Assembly (NCBI GenBank): GCA_964477095.1 | Contig: CAYZDA010000003.1 | Location: 21,650 to 85,649 of the forward strand | Source of the DNA: an uncultured Bacteroidales bacterium | Lineage (GTDB): Bacteria; Bacteroidota; Bacteroidia; Bacteroidales; PWNQ01 | Direction of reading: 5' to 3' | DNA length: 64,000 nt | Part shown: piece after piece, positions 28,469 through 38,016 of the stretch | Layout of the letters: each line of letters starts with the position of its first letter | Numbering within the stretch: position 1 is the first letter of the stretch | Notes under the pieces: model-generated | Told to the model about the DNA's origin: nothing | The model's database searches: none | What the model saw: the letters and a program-made list of their open reading frames with translations, nothing else | Translations under genes and position numbers: made by a program

Positions 28469-29719
28469 TTACTGGTTTTTAACAATTATCTTAGGGTAAC
28501 AAATATAATTTTTGTGTGAAGTTTGTGTTATGGTTGTTATATTGAGTTCTTCAGAGGCATTGGTAAGATCGCGAAGCTGTTTATCCTTCATCATCACCTT
28601 AATATTGCCAACCCTGGGGTTATAAGCACTGTTTTCTGCTTTTCCTGAGAACACATAATATGGCAGCAAGTGTTCATATCCCGGATTCATATCCAGCCAT
28701 CGTTGTTCAAGCCCGCTGATCACATGCGGTGAAAAGGGTTCATTCTGCAACTCCAGCCGGAAAAGCTGCCTGTTTACCAACCCCAGCGACAATTCGCGGA
28801 GTGCTTTATCCTCATGTGTGGTCCATACCTTTATGGCAGCTGTGATATCGTAATCATCCAGGCCGGCAAATTGTTCCAGGAGATGATCATCATTACAAAA
28901 ATCCTGCAGGGTGTAATTGTTATTCAGAAAGAAACGCAGTTTGGGTGTGGCAAATAAGTCCTCACCGGCAGCTACCAGTTCGCGGGCGCGCTGCATGGTT
29001 TTTATAAGCATCTGCTCTGCACTCAGTACTGTTTTATGCAGGTAAACCTGCCAGTACATCAGTCGTCTGGCAAGTATGAACTTCTCAATGGAATAAATGC
29101 CTTTTGATTCAATCACCAGGTTATCATCGGCTACATTCATCATTTTAATAATCCTTTCTGTGCCTATGATACCTTCAGAAACACCTGTAAAAAAAGAATC
29201 GCGCTTCAGGTAATCAAGCCTGTCCACATCAAGCTGACCAGACACCAACTGGTGAAGGAATTTTTTGTGATATTTATTTTGGAAAATATCCAGTGCCAGT
29301 TCCAGCTTCCCGTCAAAATCACGATTAAGTTTTTTCATAAAGAGCAGCGAAAGTGCTTCATGATCGATGTTTTTGGTAATGGAATACTCCAATGCATGAG
29401 AAAAAGGCCCGTGTCCAATATCGTGAAGCAGGATGGCTGAGTAAACCCCCAGCCTTTCCGCCTGAGTGATGCTGTGATTTTTTTCTTCCAGCACTTTAAT
29501 GGCTTCCTGCATGAGCCCCAGGGCTCCAATGGCATGATGGAATCTGGTGTGCAGTGCGCCGGGATATACCAAAAAAGTAAGCCCCAGCTGCTTGACCCTC
29601 CGCAGCCTTTGAAACCACGGATGTTGAATAACATCAAACAACAGATCATGTGGAATTGTTATAAAACCAAATACAGGATCATTGAGGATTTTCTTTTTGT
29701 TTAAGTAGTATCTCGACAT
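28469..29719 (-). CDS. HD-domain metal-dependent phosphohydrolase (dGTPase/SAMHD-like superfamily)
   Basis: KILNDPVFGFI, then the HD motif RFHHAIGA...LLHDIGHGPFSH. I start at the internal Met MSRYYL (29719). Confidence 0.8.
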   Translation of the reverse strand: MSRYYLNKKKILNDPVFGFITIPHDLLFDVIQHPWFQRLRRVKQLGLTFLVYPGALHTRFHHAIGALGLMQEAIKVLEEKNHSITQAERLGVYSAILLHDIGHGPFSHALEYSITKNIDHEALSLLFMKKLNRDFDGKLELALDIFQNKYHKKFLHQLVSGQLDVDRLDYLKRDSFFTGVSEGIIGTERIIKMMNVADDNLVIESKGIYSIEKFILARRLMYWQVYLHKTVLSAEQMLIKTMQRARELVAAGEDLFATPKLRFFLNNNYTLQDFCNDDHLLEQFAGLDDYDITAAIKVWTTHEDKALRELSLGLVNRQLFRLELQNEPFSPHVISGLEQRWLDMNPGYEHLLPYYVFSGKAENSAYNPRVGNIKVMMKDKQLRDLTNASEELNITTITQTSHKNYICYPKIIVKNQ

Positions 29720-29830
29720 TTGCTGTATTACTTTTGCCCCGGTTATTATCTTCAACTGTTTTGTAAAAATAAAAGGATAACAACAATAATGCACTAATCA
29801 TTACGTATTTTTTAAAACTAAATTGTAAAG

Positions 29831-31387
29831 ATGAGTAATATAAAAATTCTATGGGCCGATGATGAAATTGATATGTTGAAGGCACATATCATTTTCCTGG
29901 AAGAAAAAGGGTATAACGTTACCACTACCAACAACGGCGGAGATGCTTTAGAACTAATTAAAGAAGAGAACTTTGACATCGTGTTCCTGGATGAACAGAT
30001 GCCGGGTATGTCTGGTATTGAAACCCTGGATGAACTAAAAAGTATGCGCCCTAATCTTCCGGTGGTAATGATTACAAAAAGTGAGGAAGAAAATATTATG
30101 GAAGAAGCTTTTGGGTCGCGCATCGCGGATTACCTTATAAAGCCGGTCAATCCGAAGCAAATTCTATCATCTCTGAAAAAGATACTGGAAACCAAAAAGC
30201 TGGTGAGTGATAAAGCCACTCATTCCTATCAACAGGAATTTGCCAAAATAGGAATGGAGCTCAACCAGGACCTGGACTACAGGGAATGGACAGCCATCTA
30301 CCAAAAACTGGTACGCTGGGAGCTGGAGCTGGAAGCTTCAACCACCAGCGGAATTGAAGATATCCTGGAAATGCAGAAAGAAGAAGCTAATCAGGTTTTT
30401 TGCAAATTCTTTGAAAAGCATTATGAGGACTGGATACACGGAAATGCTGACGAAATTCCCACCCTGTCGCACACCCTGTTTCGCGATAAGGTGTTTCCTT
30501 TTCTCAACGATGATGTGCCCACTTATTTTATCCTGATTGATAACCTGCGCTACGACCAATGGAAAACACTTCAGCCCATAATAGAAGAAAATTACACCAC
30601 AGAAATTGATGACATTTATTACGGTATTATTCCTTCTGCCACACAATATGCCAGAAATTCCCTGTTTTCAGGCCTGATGCCTAATGAGATCAAGAAAAAA
30701 TATCCTGAATACTGGGTAGATGAAAGTGAAGAGGAAACAAAAAATAAATTTGAGGAAGAATTACTGGGTGAACTGCTAAAGCGATTTGGCAAAAGTGATG
30801 TAAAATATTCCTATAACAAGATTCTTAACCTGAATGCCGGACGCAAGCTGGTGGAAAAACTACCAAACCTGGCCAACAACAAGCTCAATGTTATCGTTTA
30901 TAATTTCATTGATACCTTGTCGCATGCCCGTACAGATATGGAAGTGATCAAAGAACTGGCCAAGGATGAAACTGCTTACCGCTCCATCACCAAATCGTGG
31001 TTTGAACACTCTCCACTGAACGAAATTCTCACCGATCTTTCGGAGGAAAACGCAAGAGTGATTATAACTACCGACCATGGATCCGTTAAAACCCAGAATC
31101 CTGTGAAAGTGCTTGGCGATCGTAATACCAATACCAACCTCAGGTACAAGTTCGGAAAGAACCTCCAGTATAAGTCCAAGGAAGTTTTCGAGGTAAAGGA
31201 CCCGGAGCAGTTATTCCTGCCCAGGATAAATGTATCCACCGCTTATATTTTCACCCGCAATTTCGACTTCCTGGTGTATCCAAATAATTACAACCAGTAT
31301 GTTAATCTCTACAAGGACACCTTCCAGCACGGCGGGATATCCATGGAAGAGCTGTTGATTCCTTTTATAGTGCTGAATCCCAAGTAG
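29831..31387 (+). CDS. porX: Response regulator with a PglZ (alkaline-phosphatase-like) output domain, PorX-type
   Basis: Receiver domain (ILWADDE..., phospho-acceptor context DIVFLDEQMPGMSG, KP motif) fused to a PglZ domain (ITTDHGS). The architecture and ~518-aa length match my recollection of T9SS regulator PorX. Confidence 0.8.
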   Translation: MSNIKILWADDEIDMLKAHIIFLEEKGYNVTTTNNGGDALELIKEENFDIVFLDEQMPGMSGIETLDELKSMRPNLPVVMITKSEEENIMEEAFGSRIADYLIKPVNPKQILSSLKKILETKKLVSDKATHSYQQEFAKIGMELNQDLDYREWTAIYQKLVRWELELEASTTSGIEDILEMQKEEANQVFCKFFEKHYEDWIHGNADEIPTLSHTLFRDKVFPFLNDDVPTYFILIDNLRYDQWKTLQPIIEENYTTEIDDIYYGIIPSATQYARNSLFSGLMPNEIKKKYPEYWVDESEEETKNKFEEELLGELLKRFGKSDVKYSYNKILNLNAGRKLVEKLPNLANNKLNVIVYNFIDTLSHARTDMEVIKELAKDETAYRSITKSWFEHSPLNEILTDLSEENARVIITTDHGSVKTQNPVKVLGDRNTNTNLRYKFGKNLQYKSKEVFEVKDPEQLFLPRINVSTAYIFTRNFDFLVYPNNYNQYVNLYKDTFQHGGISMEELLIPFIVLNPK

Positions 31388-31411
31388 AGCTGAAGGAAAA
31401 AAGCATCTGAG

Positions 31412-31840
31412 ATGTCAGGAATAAAAACCATCAGGGTAGATTCACCGGCAGGGCTTGAAACTGCAGCCAGGCAGATTCTAAAAACATTTCCCCGGCAAAG
31501 GATCTTTGCGTTTTATGGAGAGATGGGAGCGGGAAAGACAACATTTATTCGTACGTTTTGCCGGCTGCTCGGGGTGTCGGAGGAAGTAAGTTCACCCACC
31601 TTTGCCCTGGTTAATGAATATGACGGTGCTCACGGCCCGGTGTATCATTTTGATTTCTACAGAATAGAGCACATCAGTGAGGTGTATGATATCGGCTACG
31701 AGGAATATTTTTATTCAGGGGAATATTGTTTGCTGGAGTGGCCTGAAAAAATAACTGAACTTTTACCTGAAAAATTCGTATATTTAAGGATCAAAATCAC
31801 AGGTGAACAGCAACGAATGATCTGTTATCATTCCGTCTGA
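31412..31840 (+). CDS. tsaE: tRNA t6A37 biosynthesis ATPase TsaE
   Basis: P-loop GEMGAGKTTF, SPTFAL motif, HFDFYR. 142 aa. Confidence 0.9.
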   Translation: MSGIKTIRVDSPAGLETAARQILKTFPRQRIFAFYGEMGAGKTTFIRTFCRLLGVSEEVSSPTFALVNEYDGAHGPVYHFDFYRIEHISEVYDIGYEEYFYSGEYCLLEWPEKITELLPEKFVYLRIKITGEQQRMICYHSV

Positions 31841-31865
31841 TCATTTTTCAGGCAAATAAAACTAT

Positions 31866-33092
31866 ATGAGCAACGGTAGTAAAAGGATATTTACTTATGG
31901 CCCGAAGGAAAAGCTGCTGCCTCAGGAGGAAATGCTTGAAGTGCAAAAATCCAGAGACAGCCTGATCATCGGCCTGCCCAGAGAAAATTCATACCAGGAA
32001 AAACGAATTGCACTGATTCCTTCAGCAGTTGAGCTACTCGCAGCTAACGGCCACGAAGTATTTGTGGAAAAAGGTGCCGGTTTACCTTCCAACTATAGCG
32101 ATACTGATTACAGCGAAGCCGGGGCAAGGATAATGGATACCAAAAAAGAAGTGTACCAGGCGGATATTATACTGAAGATAGCTCCTCCGGTGGCTTCAGA
32201 TATCGAGCTTTTTCGCGAAAGGCAAACCATCATATCCGCTCTGCACCTGACAGCTCAGCATTCCGGTTATTTCAGACAAATGCTGCCCAAAAAAGTTACG
32301 GCTATATCCTTTGAGCATATCAAAGATGAAAATGGTGTATTTCCCATACGGATGTCTATTAGTGAGATTGCCGGGAATACAGCTGTGCTGATTGCCGGCG
32401 AGTATTTATCCAATCCTGAATTCGGCAAGGGTAAAATGCTGGGTGGCTTTCCGGGAATTCCACCGGTGGAAGTTGTAATAATCGGGGCGGGAAATGTGGG
32501 TGAAGCGGCCTCAAGAGCAGCCATTGCCCAGGGAGCTACTGTTAAAATATTTGACAACAGCATATCCAAGTTAAGGCGTATTCAACGACTTCTCAATACG
32601 AAGGTTTACACTTCAATAATACAGAACAGCGGCCTGAAAAAGTCGCTGCTGGAAGCTGACGTGGTGATAGGTGCGATGCATGCTCAAAACAGCCGTTCAC
32701 CGGTTATTGTTAATGAAGGAATGGTGCAGGCAATGCAGAAAGGATCAGTGATCATTGACATCAGTATCGATCAGGGTGGATGTATTGAAACCTCCAGGAT
32801 TACTTCACATGCTGATCCGATTTTTATTAAGCACGGAATAATTCATTACGGTGTGCCGAACATTGCCTCCCGGGTTCCCAATACTGCTTCTCATGCCCTG
32901 TCTAATTTTTTCGCACCCATGATGCTTAATATAGCTGAAGAAGGCGGTGTGCAACGGATGCTCCGCCGCAGCTACGGCCTGCGAAACGGCACATATATTT
33001 ACAACGGAGTTATCACCAATAAATACATCAGTGATCATTTCAATCTTCCATATAAAGACATTGATCTGCTAATGGCCGCATTTCATGGCTGA
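31866..33092 (+). CDS. Alanine dehydrogenase / PNT-alpha family NAD(P)-dependent dehydrogenase
   Basis: AlaDH/PNT N-terminal domain and the Rossmann motif VVIIGAGNVGEAA. Substrate is not certain. Confidence 0.7.
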   Translation: MSNGSKRIFTYGPKEKLLPQEEMLEVQKSRDSLIIGLPRENSYQEKRIALIPSAVELLAANGHEVFVEKGAGLPSNYSDTDYSEAGARIMDTKKEVYQADIILKIAPPVASDIELFRERQTIISALHLTAQHSGYFRQMLPKKVTAISFEHIKDENGVFPIRMSISEIAGNTAVLIAGEYLSNPEFGKGKMLGGFPGIPPVEVVIIGAGNVGEAASRAAIAQGATVKIFDNSISKLRRIQRLLNTKVYTSIIQNSGLKKSLLEADVVIGAMHAQNSRSPVIVNEGMVQAMQKGSVIIDISIDQGGCIETSRITSHADPIFIKHGIIHYGVPNIASRVPNTASHALSNFFAPMMLNIAEEGGVQRMLRRSYGLRNGTYIYNGVITNKYISDHFNLPYKDIDLLMAAFHG

Positions 33093-33106
33093 AAGAATCT
33101 GGAAAC

Positions 33107-33141
33107 AAAAAAGCGGAACCAAAACCGGCTCCGCTTTTTTT
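33107..33141. terminator. Bidirectional intrinsic terminator between convergent genes
   Basis: The hairpin AGCGGAaCC-aaaacc-GGcTCCGCT (8 bp plus 1 mismatch) is flanked by an A-run upstream and a 7-T run downstream. It can therefore serve both strands. Confidence 0.7.
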
Positions 33142-33157
33142 GTGTTAAATAATACCT

Positions 33158-34150
33158 TTATTTGATGATATAATCGTATTTCTTTCCTTCTTTTGCAATC
33201 TTTTTGGCTGCTGCAGTGGCAAAAACCTTTACTTTATACTGATAAGTATCTTTTGCCGCATTCTGAATACCGGAAACAGTAACATCAAACTCCATATCTT
33301 TTGTAATAGGATAAGAAAGGCCTCCCACTTTCCAAACGATCCTTGAATCAGGCCATCCGCTGGCACTCTCTCTGGCTTCATAAGTAATAGGATAACTGTC
33401 AGCACCAGATGTAACAGTAACCTGGGCATTGTTAAAATTGGCACCTGTAATGCTGAATGACCAGCGAGGAAACATGAGTTCGCCGGGAATGTAGTTATTA
33501 GGCGGATACGCTACATAAGGATCTGAAGTAACATTGTTATCAAAATTATCTCCCCACATGATAGCATTTGACTGGTCGGTTGAGCCGTGACCAACTTTTT
33601 TAAGACCAGGCAGCAATAGCCAGGCACGATGACCAACTTTTTCATTGCCCTGACCCGGATCTTCAATATATCCTGTTACAGCATAAGTACTGTGCATTTG
33701 CCCGACACCGGAAGATAAAGCGATATTTGACTTTTCAGCAGCTGCCCTTCCCTGATCGGTATAACACTGCCACGCGCTAGTAGGGTGATGACTCAACGTC
33801 ATATTAGCTTTCATAATTAAGGCGCATTCCTGAGTCATATCATTTTGTGAAGCATTATGAGTTATGTTGTCACTCAGGCCACAAATACGACGGAAATAAT
33901 TGATCCTCTTAACCACCTTGTTATGCGACTCCTGGCTCACAGAGCCGGCATTACAACCATTAACACTGCCAGTCCAGCCAGCATCCGCCAGTTCAGTGCC
34001 AAGATAATTGTCTTCATAATCCTTAATTGCCTTTTGTTTGGCAGTCAGGTTATTATTATTATTGTTATCGTCATCATCTTTCTCACATCCAGTAACGACC
34101 AACAAACCTGCTGCAAGGATTAAAAACCCAAATAAAAATTTACGATTCAT
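33158..34150 (-). CDS. CAP/SCP-domain lipoprotein
   Basis: Lipobox LLVVTGC, an Asp/Asn-rich linker (DDDDNNNNNN), and a CAP-like region (VVKRINYFRRICGL...GHRAWLL). Confidence 0.6.
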   Translation of the reverse strand: MNRKFLFGFLILAAGLLVVTGCEKDDDDNNNNNNLTAKQKAIKDYEDNYLGTELADAGWTGSVNGCNAGSVSQESHNKVVKRINYFRRICGLSDNITHNASQNDMTQECALIMKANMTLSHHPTSAWQCYTDQGRAAAEKSNIALSSGVGQMHSTYAVTGYIEDPGQGNEKVGHRAWLLLPGLKKVGHGSTDQSNAIMWGDNFDNNVTSDPYVAYPPNNYIPGELMFPRWSFSITGANFNNAQVTVTSGADSYPITYEARESASGWPDSRIVWKVGGLSYPITKDMEFDVTVSGIQNAAKDTYQYKVKVFATAAAKKIAKEGKKYDYIIK

Positions 34151-34345
34151 AACTTTCTTAAAAATTAATTAGTACAGGGGGGCAAATATAATTATTATTT
34201 AAAATGATTTTCTCAATAATTTCTCAATGATCGATCATAGTAGTCAGCGCCATACAAAAACAACCCAAAATCACTCTGTAAGTGGCATTTGAAGATATAA
34301 AAATAATAAAATATCAGTGATTTAAAAATGAAAGCCTGAGCTAAT

Positions 34346-35515
34346 TCACTTTTCAATTTTGCGCCGCTTTAACTCTTTTTTTATCAGGCTAAGCTCCCTC
34401 CCGGTTTGTCCTTTCACGGATGTATTCTCTTCGGCCCGGCGTATCAGGTAGGGCAATACATTTTTCACCGGTCCATAGGGAACATATTTGGCCACATTAT
34501 AACCTTCATCAGCCAGGTTAAAGCTGATATGGTCGCTCATTCCATATAGCTGTGAAAACCATATCCTGTTGTCATCCTTTTTAACATCATGATTTTTCAT
34601 TAGCTCTGTAAGATATTGCGAGCTATATTCATTATGGGTTCCGTTAAATATTGAAACAATATCCAGGTTTTTAACTGCATATTCCAGCGCTGCATTGTAA
34701 TCCCGGTCGGTAGATTCTTTATCAGGCTGTATCGGATCTTCATAACCCAAACGCCTGGCCCGTGCCCTCTCTTTTTCCATATAGGCGCCACGCACAAACT
34801 TCACTCCGTAAAAGTATCCTTCATCCCTGGCCTCTTTGATGCTTTTCTTAAGGAAATCAAGCCTGTCCTTCCGGTACATCTGCAAGGTATTGTATACCAC
34901 TGTCTTCTTTTCATTGTATTTCCTCATCATTTCAGTTACCACCTTATCAATATGTGCCTGGAAGGCATAATCTTCAGCATCTATCATAATGGGAACATCA
35001 TTTTCAAAAGCAGCTTTACATAGCTTATCCACCCTTTCATAAAACAGCTCTTTTTCTTTTATATCATTTTCTGACAGAGGTGAGTCCACTGAAGCTTTTT
35101 GGAGCATCAGCGATTCGCCAAAAGCAGTGGGTTTAAAAACTGCAAAAGGAATATCTTCATGCTTTCCTGCATTTTCCACTGCCCTGAGGGTTTCATCCAG
35201 GGCACTTGCTATGGCTTGCTCATCTTCTGATCCTTCAACCGAGTAATCCAGTATGGATCTGACATTGTATTTTGCCAGCGAATCAACCACAGGTTTACAT
35301 TTTTCAATGGATTCACCCCCAACAAACTGCTTGTATATCGTGGGTTTTATAACCCACCTCAACGGAAGACGGGTGGATAAGGCAATATTGGTAAGATGCT
35401 TTCCTGTTTTCACTACTGAAGGATTGGATAAAACACGGAAAAGGAAAGCAGCTCTTCGCAGGTCTCTGTTGGATTTACTGCGAAAGGCTATCCTGGTATT
35501 TTCAAAGTCAGGCAT
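34346..35515 (-). CDS. Proline dehydrogenase family protein
   Basis: 389 aa with monofunctional PutA-like TIM-barrel patterns (VRSILDYSVEG..., VKFVRGAY, QLYGM). Confidence 0.8.
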   Translation of the reverse strand: MPDFENTRIAFRSKSNRDLRRAAFLFRVLSNPSVVKTGKHLTNIALSTRLPLRWVIKPTIYKQFVGGESIEKCKPVVDSLAKYNVRSILDYSVEGSEDEQAIASALDETLRAVENAGKHEDIPFAVFKPTAFGESLMLQKASVDSPLSENDIKEKELFYERVDKLCKAAFENDVPIMIDAEDYAFQAHIDKVVTEMMRKYNEKKTVVYNTLQMYRKDRLDFLKKSIKEARDEGYFYGVKFVRGAYMEKERARARRLGYEDPIQPDKESTDRDYNAALEYAVKNLDIVSIFNGTHNEYSSQYLTELMKNHDVKKDDNRIWFSQLYGMSDHISFNLADEGYNVAKYVPYGPVKNVLPYLIRRAEENTSVKGQTGRELSLIKKELKRRKIEK

Positions 35516-35608
35516 ATTCCTGGTAATTTTTTGATACTTTTAATTTTAAGAATGCTGTTATTCTTTCCGGCCGGCAGTTCTCTTCTGCTTTTTATACCTT
35601 AAAAACAC

Positions 35609-35616
35609 TACTTTTG
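35609..35616 (+). promoter_or_regulatory. Putative -7 box (TACTTTTG) of the aroB-aroA promoter
   Basis: Exact TAnnTTTG match 21 nt upstream of the aroB ATG. Confidence 0.35.
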
Positions 35617-35636
35617 TTCAAAAATTAGAACAACGG

Positions 35637-36710
35637 ATGTATAAACAGATTAAACTCCTGGATCACTACATCATTGCCGGGCCTGAGGCCACAGATGTAT
35701 TCGGCGCATTATTCAGCAGCGGAGACTACAAAGACAGGCAATTTTTTGTACTGGCCGACAAAAATACGCAAAAGTATTGCCTGCCCGGGCTGATAAAGTC
35801 CATTCCTGAAACGGTAAACATGCCTGTGATGGCTGTGGAAGCAGGAGAAACCCACAAAACCCTGCAAACTATAGAAAGCATCTGGCATTTTTTAATTGAT
35901 CACCACGCGGATCGTGATTCTGTGCTGGTTAACCTGGGCGGGGGCGTAATTACCGATCTGGGTGGATTTGCTGCTTCCACCTATAAGCGCGGCATCTCCT
36001 GCATTAACATTCCAACCTCGCTGATGGGCATGGTGGATGCAGCCATTGGAGGTAAAACAGCTATTAATACATCAGGAATCAAAAATGCAGCCGGGACATT
36101 TCACCAGCCTGATTCTGTTTACATTTATCCCGGATTCCTAAAAACACTATCACGAGAGCAACTGCTTTCCGGCTATGCGGAAATCCTGAAGTACGCGCTC
36201 ATTATGGACCGGCAATTGTGGGACATACTGCGTAATAAATCCTTTGAGGAATTCGACTCCCTGGAAGACCTGATCACCTTTTCGGTGTTGATCAAAGCTG
36301 AAATAGTGGAAAAAGATCCTGACGAGAAAGATTTGCGGAAAATTCTTAATTTCGGGCATACATTCGGCCATGCTTTTGAAGCATTCATGAACAAACGTGG
36401 CGAAAATATTACCCACGGCCATGCCATAGCTGCCGGTATGATCTGCGAAGCATACCTCTCAGGAATAACTAATGACACAGAGAAAGAACTTCAGAATGAA
36501 TTGAGAGAAGTTATTTTTCGCGATTTCAGCAGGTTAAACTTTGGCGTAAATGATAAGGATGAGCTAATGGATATCATGATGAATGATAAAAAAAACATGA
36601 AAGGAAAAATTAATTTTTCACTGCTTACAGAAGTTGGAAAATGCCGGCATGATCAGTTTGTGCCTAAGGAATTAATTGAAGAATCTTTGAACTTTTATTT
36701 ATATGGATAG
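35637..36710 (+). CDS. aroB: 3-dehydroquinate synthase
   Basis: NAD-binding GGGVITDLGGFAA and metal-ligand region FGHTFGHA. Confidence 0.9.
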   Translation: MYKQIKLLDHYIIAGPEATDVFGALFSSGDYKDRQFFVLADKNTQKYCLPGLIKSIPETVNMPVMAVEAGETHKTLQTIESIWHFLIDHHADRDSVLVNLGGGVITDLGGFAASTYKRGISCINIPTSLMGMVDAAIGGKTAINTSGIKNAAGTFHQPDSVYIYPGFLKTLSREQLLSGYAEILKYALIMDRQLWDILRNKSFEEFDSLEDLITFSVLIKAEIVEKDPDEKDLRKILNFGHTFGHAFEAFMNKRGENITHGHAIAAGMICEAYLSGITNDTEKELQNELREVIFRDFSRLNFGVNDKDELMDIMMNDKKNMKGKINFSLLTEVGKCRHDQFVPKELIEESLNFYLYG

Positions 36711-37962
36711 TATCAGAATTAAAGCCGGGAATAAGCTTTCACCCCCCTTTGCGCCAATGCTACCGACATCAAAGAGCATTAGCAACAGGCTGTTAATTAT
36801 GCACGCACTTTCCGACGGGCTGGTTTCGTTTGCTAATTTATCTGAGGCTGAAGACACCGTAATGCTCAGAAGCATTCTAACAAACCATCTCACAGGTAAT
36901 CGAAAATCCGGAACTTACTATTGTGGAAATGCTGGCACCGTGCTACGCTTTCTCACCAGCTATTTTGCCTCTCAGGAGGGTACCTTTACTCTGACATGCA
37001 GCGAGGAAATGAAAAATCGCCCTGTCTATCCTTTGGTTGATGCCTTGCGAGAGGCGGGCTCTGAAATTGAATATCTGAAAAAAGATGGCTTTCCTCCCTT
37101 ACGGATAAAAGGACGAAAAGTGCTGAGCCCTGTGAAAGCCACAATAGATGGCAGCATGAGCAGCCAGTTCATTTCTGCCTTATTGCTAAGCGGATTCCGC
37201 TATGGTCTGGAGCTTAAGCTAAAAGGAAAAAAGGTTTCCTGGCCATACGTAAAAATGACGCTAAAACTCATATCAGCTTGCAAAATTAAATACCAGCATG
37301 ACTCAGAAACAATCCTGATCCCACCCCAAACACCTGGCAATGTATTGCTAACTGCAGAGACCGACTGGAGCAGTGCGGCTCCCTGGTATGTGTACACTGC
37401 TTTACAAGAGAAAAATTTTAGCCTCACTATCAAAGGACTCCAAAGAGAAAGCATACAGGGCGACAGCGCATTACCCAGGCTATTCAATAGAATAGGTGTG
37501 AAAACCACCTTCAGAAAAGCAGATATTCTAATTAAGAAGAACGGAGATGTCAGAGGGAAAAAACTTAAACTGCATATGCATAACTATCCTGATCTGGTAC
37601 CGGCGATGCTCGCGGCCTGCGCCGCAACAGGCAACAGCATTAAGATGACTGGTGTGGAGCACCTCCGGATAAAAGAAAGCGACAGGATACAATCTATGAA
37701 AAATGAGCTGGCTAAACTAGGTTCTCAGCTGGAAGTTATTTCTCCCGGTGAGCTTTATCTAAAGCCTGCTGAAAGTGATCCTTCTGAAAATATTATGATA
37801 AATACTTATAACGACCATCGAATTGCTATGGCTTTTGCGCCCCTTGCTTATAAATATCCTCTAATTATAGAAAACCCGGATTGTGTGGCAAAGTCATACC
37901 CGTCCTTCTGGAGCGACTTTAAAAGTGCAGGCTTTTCTGCAATTCGTGAACCTGCCAAATAA
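36703..37962 (+). CDS. aroA: 3-phosphoshikimate 1-carboxyvinyltransferase (EPSP synthase)
   Basis: LPTSKSISNR and GNAGTVLRF motifs, and C-terminal DHRIAMAF. It overlaps aroB by 8 nt. Confidence 0.9.
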   Translation: MDSIRIKAGNKLSPPFAPMLPTSKSISNRLLIMHALSDGLVSFANLSEAEDTVMLRSILTNHLTGNRKSGTYYCGNAGTVLRFLTSYFASQEGTFTLTCSEEMKNRPVYPLVDALREAGSEIEYLKKDGFPPLRIKGRKVLSPVKATIDGSMSSQFISALLLSGFRYGLELKLKGKKVSWPYVKMTLKLISACKIKYQHDSETILIPPQTPGNVLLTAETDWSSAAPWYVYTALQEKNFSLTIKGLQRESIQGDSALPRLFNRIGVKTTFRKADILIKKNGDVRGKKLKLHMHNYPDLVPAMLAACAATGNSIKMTGVEHLRIKESDRIQSMKNELAKLGSQLEVISPGELYLKPAESDPSENIMINTYNDHRIAMAFAPLAYKYPLIIENPDCVAKSYPSFWSDFKSAGFSAIREPAK

Positions 37963-38016
37963 CGGAGTTGTTACTCATATAAATTTATTGAACATTTGTA
38001 ATATAAAGAACATTGT

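Noticed and set aside
28469-29719. An HD-domain dGTPase/SAMHD-like protein as a possible nucleotide-depletion defence gene.
   Set aside because: It is a single gene directly upstream of lpxD in what looks like a conserved core arrangement. It has no mobile-element or defence-island context.
29831-31387. A PglZ domain, which is also a hallmark of BREX/DISARM-type phage defence.
   Set aside because: It is fused to a receiver domain in the PorX architecture. No BREX partner genes (pglX methyltransferase, brxC ATPase, brxL and so on) are nearby. The neighbours are the lpx operon and tsaE, which is a housekeeping context.
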